Both the position numbers and the translations under genes were made by a program. A stretch of 64,000 nt of DNA from the NCBI GenBank assembly GCA_964016885.1, contig OZ024745.1, positions 31,124,001 through 31,188,000 of the forward strand, given 5' to 3'. Of the stretch, positions 1 through 24,800 are shown piece after piece. Position 1 is the first letter of the stretch; each line of letters opens with the position of its first letter. The notes under the pieces were generated by a model that worked only from the letters and a program-made list of their open reading frames with translations, did no database searches and had not been told where the DNA came from. Source of the stretch: Eledone cirrhosa (lineage: Eukaryota).

Positions 1-13644
<13,644 letters not shown>

Positions 13645-14058
13645 TGTTACTTTCTACTATTCCACTGATATAAACAATATATGCAGTAGTTTATTTTGAT
13701 AGAAAAAAGAAATGGTGGGGGGAAAGACACAAAATTAAAGTCCTACAGAACAATTTTCTTTTTTTTTTTTCATTTTCATCTAAAATCAAACTTCAGAGAG
13801 GAATATTATTTGAATTAGATGTTGTCAACAATGGTTTGTTGAAGCAATAAATATATCTCTTCTTTTTTTAGGTAATAAAAACTGTCAATATCATAAGGAT
13901 AAAGAAAAATAAACAAATTTCCATGTTTTATTTTGGTTTAATGCATTTAGTATTTTATTGTTTTACTATATTTAATTTCTGCATCAGTCTCATTCAGTGG
14001 GTATTTATGTTGTGTGAGACATCACCTTTAACATGAGAGGAACCTCCACCAAAATATA

Positions 14059-14485
14059 CCGTATTTGATGGCTTATAAGATGCACTTTTTTTTCAAAAAT
14101 ATGTCCCAGAAAATCACCGTGTCTTATAAGGTCATGGGTCAGTTTGGGTTAATGGCTAGTAGAGTTCTAGCGCTGCAGTGACCACAAACATCTCAGCAAA
14201 TGTAAACATGGTGGCGATCGTTTCTACACCAACAATGGCAACTCTTTTCTAATAAAAGCTACAATTTTAATAAATTTTATGATGAATAAAATAAATTTAT
14301 TTTCACTTTCTTTTGTTTTAAAAATGTACTAAAATATTGCAGCTAGAATTATGATGTAGAATGATAATAAAAATACAATATTTAAACTTTATACCCTTCA
14401 CCTAACATTCGTAATTTAAACCCATTTATTTATTTATTTAATGCCCGCCCAAATTGAGGTGTGTCTTATAAGCCGTTAACTACAG
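14059..14485. mobile_element. pogo/Tigger-type MITE
   Basis: TA|CCGTATTTGATGGCTTATAAGATGCAC ... GTGTCTTATAAGCCGTTAACTACAG|TA; imperfect TIRs and TA duplication. Confidence 0.7.
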
Positions 14486-15494
14486 TATATATATATTTTT
14501 TTTATTTAGAAATTTGGTTTTTACATCCAGTAGGTTTTTTTCATTATATTGCGATTTGAAATTATTTTGACTATTTTGGTAATAAACATCATAATATTTT
14601 CTAGCTTTCTTTACAGTTTCTCTTTCTAATTTATACCAATATACTTTGTAGTCATGAGATAACTTACACAGTCAAATTATCATTCACTGTAAACAGAGCA
14701 TTAAAACCCACTGCAGAGAATAAATATTTATGAAAACAAGGACCATGCTAGTTCATGCTCTTAACCAGTGCAATACTTTAATTTGATTATCATAAAATAA
14801 TGTTAAAGAAAAATATACATCATCCTCATTGTTGTTTTTACGTCTCCTTTTCCATATTTACATGGGTTTGACGGGTCCATTTTAGCACAGCATCTCTTCA
14901 TTTGTTGCAGTCCTTTGTCATCTCTACCAAGACCCTTTAGTTTGGTAAGTTTTATAAGTCACATTTGTATGTCTCTTAGACAGCTAGTGCGAATGCATTT
15001 GAATGAAGAAAACAAAGAAAATAAATAAAAGAAGCTTGTCAACGAATTCCCTAGGGAGATAAAAGAAAAACAAAAGAAATTAAAGATGAACATAAGGACA
15101 ACGTCAACTTTTACAACAGTTACAAGAACAATTCAACAGAAATGACAACAAAAAGAAGCAATGGTGATGAAAGGTGTGGGTGTATACATATACATACATA
15201 CGAACATACACACATACATACATGCACACACACACACACACGGGCTGGCCTTAGAGTTTGATGAGGTTGAGAACCTGGTCAGCTTTCAGCCAGAGCTGTG
15301 GTATTTAATCTCCCTAGGTAATAAAATCTGGAGACAATTTTCTCCTTATCCCCCCCCCCCCATAAATCATGTCAACATCCTTACACACTTAAATATAAAT
15401 ACATGTATATATACAAATGTATAAATGCATAGCTATATACATACGTAAATGTATATATGTAGATTTATATATATATATAAATCTACATACAGAT

Positions 15495-18148
15495 AACAAT
15501 AACACTAACCATGTTAGGGCTGCGCACGGTAGTGGGGTGGCTAGTGAGGCCATGTGTGAGAAACCCACGACCGTCATCAAACAATTGCACAACAGGAAAA
15601 AGAACGAGACGTTGCATCTCAGAGTTGCCACACTTAATGTTGGCACTCTAACAGGTAGATCTGGTGAGATAGCGGAGATGCTGGAGAGGAGGCATGTGGA
15701 TGTGTGCAAGAGGTGAGAGTGAGAGGTGCCTCTGCAAGACTAATCGCGGGCAAACATCGTAGTTATAAGCTTTTCTGGGTGGATAATGATGATGGGTTAG
15801 GTGGGGTGGGCATATAACTGGCTGAGAGGTGGATCAATAAGACAATAGAGGTAGTTAGAGTTAGTGATAGAATAATTAAGCTTAGATTAGTTGTAGGCAG
15901 GAGACTACTGACAATCATCTCTGCCTATGCTCCCCAGGCAGGCCTAGGTAAAGAAGAGAAAGACTGCTTTTACGACCAACTTTTACAAACAGCCACAATG
16001 ACAGAGGACAGAGACATCGTTATGCTAGCAGGGGACTTCAATGGACATGTTGGACAGCTCCAGGATGGATGGGGTACATGGTGGGCACGGTTACGGCTCA
16101 AGAAATGAAGAAGGAGTGAGGCTTCTTCAATTTTGTGATGCAAATGCACTAACCATTTGCAACACTAACTTCCAGAAGCCTACCAACCACTTAACCTACA
16201 AATCAGGTGAGCACATAAGCCAGATTGACTTGCTGCTAGTTAGACAGCAAGACAGACAGATTGTGTCAAATACTAAGGCATACCCTAGGGAAGAATGTAC
16301 CCCACAGAATAGGTTAGTTGTTAGTGACATCTCAGTAAGCATGAGAAAGAAGGAGACATACAGGAAGGTGTGGAAAAGAAAGGTCTGGCAGCTAAAAGTC
16401 CTTTCATTAAAATATAAATTTAGCAAAGCCCTTCAAGACATGTATGACGAAAAAGAAGACGATTTAGAGTTGTATGACATAGATGATAACTGGACTTTCT
16501 TACGTGACAACTTACTGCAGGCTACTGAAGAAACTTGTGGTTGGGGCAGAGCTTCAACCAGACAGAGAGTGACGTGGTGGTGGAACAGCATGGTAGATAG
16601 CGCCATTAGAGACAAAAGACCGGCATGGAAGGCTTGGAAAAATGGTGGGAGTAGGGAAGGATACACAGCTGCTAGGGGAGAAGCTAGACGTCAGGTGTAC
16701 TTAACACGCAGGGAGGCTGAGAGTAGGAGGTTTGCCAATGTTCTGCGACAGGAAGATCAGAGACGTGCGGTGTTCCGCATTACAAGGCAGTGTGCCAGTG
16801 CAAATCAGGATGTTGTTGGAAATAAGTGTGTCCGGAATGATGCTGGTGTACTTAGTGTCATGGATGATAAAAAAATGAGAGACTGATGAATGTGGAGAAC
16901 GAATGGGACAGAGAGAAATTACCCTCAGTAGACCCAACAGAGGGACCAGTTATTGAGATTGATGAATATAGGCTACAAGAGGCAATTAAAGAAATGAAGA
17001 ATAGTAAAGCTGCTGGACCATCGGGGATAGTTGCTGAGATGCTGAAGGCATCAGGTGAAGTAGGCATTAAACTGGTTGCACGCATCATCAATCAAGTTAT
17101 ATATGGTGGTGTCATATCCAAAGACTGGTGCAGCTGTATTCTCATAAATTGCTACAAAAGTAAAGGGGATTCTCTAGAGAGGAGCAATTATAGGGATATA
17201 AAACTGATGGATCAGGTTATGAAAGTGGCAGAGAGAATATTAGCGCAACTGATTAGAGAAAGGGTCAAATTAGATGAGATACAGTTTGGTTTTGTGCCTT
17301 GGAAAAGTACAATAGATGCTCTCTTCTTAGTGAGGCAACTACAAGAGAAGTTCTTAGAGAAGAATAAGCCACTATACTTAGCTTTTGTTGACCTAGAGAA
17401 GGCCTTTGATAGGGTACCCCGATCTGTCATCTGGTGGTCCCTAAGGAAACTAGGTGTAGAGGAATGGCTTGTGAGGGCAGTGTAAGCTATGTACAGGGGT
17501 GCTGTCAGTAAAGTGAGAGTAGGTATGGAGTTTAGTGAGGAATTCCAGATACAAGTAGGTGTACATCAGGGTTCGGTCCTCAGCCCGCTCGTTTTCCTTA
17601 TAGTCCTCCAAGCCATAACAGAGTAGTTTAAGACTGGATGCCCATGGAAACTTCTCTATGCTGATGATCTGGCTCTTATAGCAGAATCAGTAGAGGAGCT
17701 AGAGAATAAATTCTGGCTATGGAAACAACAGTTGGAATCAAGAGGACTGAGAGTGAACATAGCTAAGACAAAAGTGTTGATAAGTAGAAGAGAGGACAAT
17801 ACTCCGATTCCATCAGGGAAATGGCCATGTTCGATATGTAGGAAAGGAACTGGCATAAATTCCATAAAATGTACGCAATGCAGATCTTGGGTACACATGA
17901 GATGTAGCGGGATAGCAGGCAAACTAACAGGTAGGGAAAATTACATATGCAGTAGATGTACGGGGAAAGTTGGCAGTATTAATCGCAGTAATAGACATAT
18001 TTTTCCAATGCAGGTGGGTTCTATAGAAATGGTTGATAGCTTCCGGTACCTAGGTGATCAGATTAGCATGAGAGTGGGGTGTTCTGAGGCCATAGTATCT
18101 AGAATAAGGACGGGTTGGAAGAAGTTTAGGGAGCTGTTCCTTTGTTGA
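15495..18148 (+). mobile_element. RTE-clade LINE (APE endonuclease + RT + C4HC3 PHD-like finger), frameshifted and 3'-truncated
   Basis: RVATLNVGTLTGRS, ISAYAPQ and GDFNGHVG endonuclease motifs; KAAGPSGI, FVDLEKAFDRVPR, GVHQGSVLSP and LYADDL RT motifs; several stops and frameshifts. Confidence 0.93.
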
Positions 18149-18270
18149 CAAAGGCCGTAAATTCCCAGAACAATGTGTCCGTGGACGGAGTACCACGTCA
18201 TGTCCTGGATGTCCGTAGAATCACCGTGTCAACTGACTCTGAGGAAGAGGAAACTCAAAGTGCCGCCCCC
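18149..18270 (+). mobile_element. Probable Gypsy LTR-retrotransposon pol C-terminal fragment
   Basis: KAVNSQNNVSVDGVPRHVLDVRR...DSEEE resembles the post-integrase tail of invertebrate Gypsy elements (recall only). Confidence 0.5.
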
Positions 18271-18492
18271 AAAATATAGGTGGCCCTTAAAAGGGCCAAA
18301 TTAGAAAACAAATTTGATTATAAAACTTAAATTTATAAATGACTTGTTTTCTACATTGATAACCATGACTTGTTTTCTAATTTGGCCCTTTTAAGGACCA
18401 CCTATATTTTCATTTAAGTAACTCCACTTACATCGATATGCTTTATAACCATGACTTGTTTTCTATTTGTTTTCTAATTTGGCGCTTTTAAG

Positions 18493-18580
18493 TCTTCCCT
18501 CTCTCTCCTCTTCCCTCTCTCTCTCCCCTCTCTCTCCTCTTCCCTCTCTCTCTCTTCCCTCTCTCTCCTCTTCCCTATTC
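18493..18580. repeat. CT-rich microsatellite just upstream of the AS3MT start
   Basis: Arrays of CTCTCTCTCCTCTTCC-type units. Confidence 0.9.
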
Positions 18581-18669
18581 CCCAACGAATAGCGTTGTAG
18601 CGCCCAGAGTTATCTGTACTTATTTTCACTATCTCTTTACTTATTTTTCCTCAAGAAATAGGAATAAAC

Positions 18670-18842
18670 ATGTGTGATGCAAATAAAGGAGTAATTCACG
18701 ATCAAGTGAAAGAATATTATGGGAAAACCATTAAAACAACCGACGATCTAAAACTGAGTTCATGCAGTATATCGCTCGGCAAAGGGCTCAGTTCCCGAAT
18801 AAAGAATACAATTGTCTCCGTACACAAGGATGTTCGCAAAAA
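18670..18842 (+). CDS. AS3MT: AS3MT coding exon 1
   Basis: MCDANKGVIHDQVKEYYGKTIKTTDDLKLSSCSIS...VHKDVRK|gtaagt. Confidence 0.92.
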
Positions 18843-21800
18843 GTAAGTAATTGTTATAGATAATTGTTGTTGGGGTCGATTAATATCGAAATAGGTCAGA
18901 GTTATCTGTTTACCTATTTTTAGCTGGATATGGCAAATTTTTGTTTTGAGCAAATGTAATAAAATAATTTGGTTTTCGTGTATTACTTTTTTGTTTAGGG
19001 CGGGGCTGCTTTCAAATTAACTAAGTTTTTTTAAAAGTAATATACGCACTTTTAAAATGAAATTAATTTTATTATATACTTTAAACGTTAAATATATTTT
19101 GTGTGAAAAGATGACATTTTTATTACAAATGTAAATGGGATAGTTTTAACCTCACATCTATTTTTTAATATCTACAAAGCAGGTTTCACAAGATCAACTT
19201 TTTTTTTGCCAAAATTCAATACATATATCTCAATTACTTAATTTCATATTTCACATGAAAATATAGAATCAAAATGAAAGAAAATATTAAGTCAACTATA
19301 TTTCATTATCTTTACCAACTGAGGGCGGTGAATTGTCAGTATCGGTAGAAAGTTGGACGCCATGCTTTCCAGCATAGTTACGTCCCTTTACGGACTGAGT
19401 TCAAATCCCGCCGAGGTTAATTTTGCCTTTCATCCTTACGGGGTCGATAAAATAAAGTACCAGTAATACACTGGAGTAATTGCTGGCCTTGTGCCAAATG
19501 TAGAAACAATTATCTTTACCAACTGGGCTATCGCTATTATGAGCAAATGGGGTCCCACAGGTGGGCGTCAATCAGGCCCAGTCTGCTCGTGAGGGTCTTC
19601 AGCTGGTGGATCGGTAACCCAAGGATGAGAACATCCTCTTTAGGAGGTCACCTGTACCTGCAGGAAAACAGATCGCACGTCCGAGACGGAGGCTGCAAAA
19701 AGGTAATACACGAAAACCAAATTATTTTATTACATAATTGAAATTAGTGCATGCAAGATTTCACAGCTCTAGCATCACTCCTTTATAATCAGCCTATGAA
19801 CTTTTCAGCCCACCCTTGTAAGTCTTTCCTCCACACCGCCCAGATTGTTCAAGGGAAATATCAGGGTTGATATAGCTTGGCACCCTGGAATTTTACTATA
19901 TTTAATGGTCTCAAAAAGATACAAAGTTGAACATGGCATTATTTGTTAAAACACACACGGTAAAACTAAATATGATTATTAAATGTTTGGGGCATAGGTT
20001 AAGTTTAACGTCCGAGATAATGAAAGTATATTTTCTGACAAGTGAATGTGTTTGTTTTGTTTTTTTACAGTGACAATTACGATACAGTTTGTTTATTTAC
20101 AACAGGTCTCTATAGTGATATGGTGTTAATTAGTATTGTGTGTGTGATTATTTTTCCTTTTTCTTTTTTTGTGTATTGTGTGTACGGAAAATGACATTGT
20201 GTGTTGAAAGAAATACATTTTTTAAAAATAACTACATAGTTAGACGTTTGTTGCATATAACATATAAATTGACGTACCTTATCAATATCCTTATTAGACC
20301 GTCTAACTATGTAGTTATTTTAAAAAAAATTCTTTCTTTCAACACAATGTCATTTTCCGTACACACAATACACAAAAAAAGAAAAAGAAAAAATAATCAC
20401 ACACACAATACTAATTAACACGATACCACTATAGAGACCTGTTGTAAATAAACAAACTGTATCGTAACTGTCACTGTAAAAAAACAAAACAAACACATTC
20501 ACTTGTCAGAAAATATACTTTCATTATCTCGGACGTTAAACTTAACCTATGCCAATGTTTGGTTGTAATTCTGTTTAAAAATTATATATGAAGGGCTGAC
20601 TGAATATGCGCATATATATATTTTTTTCCCCCCAGTTCTTTCTTCTCACTCTCTATCTTTCTATTTCATCTTTTATTTTTCATTCTATCTTCTGATGAAG
20701 GACTAGTGTCTGAAATGTTGACTCTTTTCCTGTTATTTCAAGCATTAAACTAATATATTTTTTCATTGCACTGTGTTGTTTGCTTTGTTATTTATGTTTA
20801 CTTTTTACATACCGTATTTCCCGGCGTCAAAGACGCTACTTTTTTTCTAAAATGTTTCAAAAATCTACCATGCGCCCTGGAGGCCGAAGGTTGTTTATTA
20901 TTTTTTTCAAATTTTTGGTTGTCAAAATTAGGGTGCGTCCTCAAGGACAAAGCGTCTTCAGCACCGGGAAATATAGTACATATACATATATATATATTCA
21001 GATATTATGGATGTGGATCCTGAGTGCCTGTAAGGCATGGACATTAATGAACTGCTGGCTTACTTACTATTTATATATTCAGATATTATGGATGTGGACT
21101 TGTGATTCCTGAGTGCCTGGAAGGCATGAAAGTTCTTGATTTAGGAAGTGGAAGTGGACAGGATTGTTTTGTTTTATCAAAACTAGTTGGAGCTGATGGT
21201 TTTGTTATTGGTATTGATATGACACAAGAACAGGTGAATTCTTTCTTCATTTTTCTGGGACTTGGTTATTTTTAGGGTGTTTCTTTTTTATTTATGTTCA
21301 TGCATAGGCTGGGTGAAATGCAAATCTGTATTTTATGTGTAGTGAATGTGGCTTGCTGCTGTTGAATGTGATATTGTCATGTGTCATGTCTTAATTATTT
21401 TCCAGTATATCAAAGCATGGTGGGCGGAACTGATTATATTTATGAAAAAACATTCAAATTTTTCCTTTTATAACTGTATTGATCATATTCATTGTCAATA
21501 AAAGGCTGGAAGAATGCTTTAGTTGTGTCAAGGGCATGGCAACCTTGCTAGTGTTGGTGATCTATACAATAAATGCACAAAGTGCACTATAGGGGTTGGT
21601 GATGTGAAAGGCATCCGGCCTTAGAAAACCTACCAAACAAAGATATGACAACCACCTTAGTGCTGATACCATGATAAAATGCATGCAGTAGCTCAGTAGC
21701 TCCCAATTGAGAATTGAGTCTGTGAAGACCCATCCAACCTTTGCTAGCAGGGAAGATGTATATTAAATGATGATCTACATGAGTTTCACAGTACCACAAG

Positions 21801-24800
21801 ACTATCTTAGCTCTCTTAAATATTATATATCCAGCTTTAAGAGTTTTTGAGATACTCAGTCTGTTCAACATCATAGAATATTAAACATGATTAAGTGTAT
21901 TGTTCATCCTATGATGTGTTTTACCCACAACCACTAACCTTCAAAAGTTGGGGCTGAACATAACCTATGTGTAAATAATCTTAGTGTAAGAAACCTTTTT
22001 GCACTCAATATATTCTTCTAAGGGTTCCCATCATAAGACTGTGACCATGCTGGGGCACTACCATCAAAGATTTTAGTCAATTATATTAATCATAGTATTT
22101 TGTCTATAATTTTTTTACTGTTATAAGATCATTTAAATAAAGTCTACCTATAACAGAAATGTTTAGTAGTAAAATATATTGTAAATTCACCAGAATATAA
22201 ATCTTATATATCTATATTTTCATTATTTCAGCTTGATGTTGCTAATCAGTATATAGACTACCACACCAAACTCTATGACTACAAAACCCCTAATGTTAAG
22301 TTTGTTAAGGGCTATATTGAACAACTTACAGATGCAGGCCTTGAGGAAAATTTTTTTGACATCATTATGTAAGTATACAAAGTTTTATTTTAATCATTCC
22401 AGAATCTTTTTTTTAAGTCCAGAACATTATTTTGTGGATGTTTTATAAGTCACAGTTTTCTCATTAGCTTGAATATAAAATATGACCATAATCCAGTTTG
22501 TTACTCAGTTGTTGATTTTGTTTAGATCCAGGTCAGTCTTTATGAAAAGCATTCTGACCACAACCATATTATCTTGTTTTCAGATCTATGGCAACATTAC
22601 TCAATACACTCTTCTTGTTTTAATGATGGTAGGTAACGGGTGTGAATTGAAAGGAATTTGGTTATTATTTCCAGCAGGTTGAGTCATCGCATTGAGATTC
22701 TCTTATTTGTAATAAATAGTATGCTGTGCAGATACAATACTCTGCTTTAAAAGCAGGTGTCATTTTATTAGTTTTTAACAGTCAGTCCGTGTCCTTAAAC
22801 TCATTACAAACAGACATCAACGACGAGGGTCAAATATACTGTTTCAAAAAAAATCAAGTAAAATAAAAATATAAAGTATTTATGTTTTACACAGATATTC
22901 TGCAGTATTTCAGTTGACCTTCTGTATCAACCTCTACAAGCTAATTAGGCTAATCTGTCTCTCTGACATTTTTGTGCTAGAAAGAAGAGCAGACATTTTT
23001 AAGAATCAATATCATCACCTTTTAAGCTCTATTTTCCATGTTTGCATGGGTTTGATGGGCTGTCACATTATGAGACTGAGACAAAATTGATATTATATTT
23101 TGCTGAAAACACACAATACTGTATGTGTTGAATATTTCTTTCTAGCATTGACACAAGGTTAGACAGATAAGGTGACCATTTCTTGCTAATAAGTTCTGTT
23201 TTTGGCTTTTACAACTTGATTCCTTCCTAATGCCAACCACTTTACAACATATGCAGAGAGCTTTTATCATGGCACCAGCACTTCCACCTTACATGGTGGA
23301 GTGAGTGCTTTTTGTTGTGGCACCATCATAACCACTTTTCCAGGTGCAAGTATGGTTATGTGATTGTAAATTTGCTTTGGAACCACATAAATTTGGGTTC
23401 AAACTTGGGCATATTTTTTCCACTATAGCCCACAACTTAACCATTGCTTTGTGAGTGAATTTGGTAAATAGCAATTGTTGTAGGCCCATCATTCATGTGT
23501 GTGTGTGTGTGTGTGCGCGCGCTAGTCAGGGCAAATGTTATATCAACACAATTTAAAACCTGTGTTGACAGCTGTTTATGTTTCTCTAAACTATATCTGA
23601 CAGCTTTACAGTTATGATAAATGGTTATATACCACACTTAGAATGAGGTATGGGTTGGTGTCAGAAGGGGCATCCAGCCATAGAATATTTTACAGAAAAG
23701 AGATCACTGAACCCATGCTAGCACGGGAAAATAAACATAAAAACAATAATGATTATTGTTTTTTTTGTTTGTTTTTATTTTATTTTTTATATCATAAAAA
23801 TGGATCCATCTTTAGTTCAGAAACTTAAATAGTTTTTGTCATTAAAGGGTTAAAAACAAACGTTTTTAGTTTAAATCCAGCTGAAATTTATGCATATCCA
23901 TAAAAATAAGGTATCTGAATACTTTCAAAGAATATGGTTATTGGGATTAGTCCAGGAAAACCATATAATAAACCATGCATGTTTACCTAATAAGAACTAC
24001 TTTTATGTTCTAATTATAGCTCCAATTGTGTCATCAATTTATCACCAGACAAAAGAGCAGTGTTGACCCAAGCCTATAAGACACTAAAAGTAAGTTCTTT
24101 TTTTTCTTCACCTTCTTATTCCTGAGAGTCCTTCAAACATTCCTTCCAGCAGGTCCTGCCAGAGCAACTATTTCCAACTAATCCGACTGGATCCTCAAGC
24201 GAGACCAGCCAAGCTCATGGATGATATTCAACCATCTTGCTCGGGGTCTACTCCTGGGTCTCCTGCTGGTTGGTTTTGCCATAAAACCTGTCCAGTCATT
24301 CTTTCCTGAGACATTCTAACCTCATGCCCATAGTATCAGAGCTGTGATCTCTCAATTCAGAGAAGTAGCGGCTCCACCTGGAGTGCCTCTCTGATCTCCA
24401 AGCTATGCACTCTGTTGAGAAATGTTACTCCAAAGAGCCTTTGGATGAACCCTATTTCAGTTGCTTGTATTTACGAGTGTATTCTAAGTTTAAAAAAAAT
24501 TTTTCAAAGTTTCCTTATAAAATATTTTGATAAATAAAAGCTTGGATTGTAGAATTCCAAACTGGATACTTTATTGCGGTTTGTTTGGCACCTCATTATT
24601 CTGTATTTAACCCTTTAGCATTTAAACCGGCCATATCTGGCCAGAAATTTCTCACTTCTTTCTGTTCAAACAGGCCATAATCAGCTGTTCATACTTATGT
24701 TAAGGTATTGTTCTCAAAATAAGGTGTTGTTGTCAAAATCTCATAGATTCGATATTATGTGAGATGAAGCCTTTACTGTGAAAATACAATAGTAAATATA

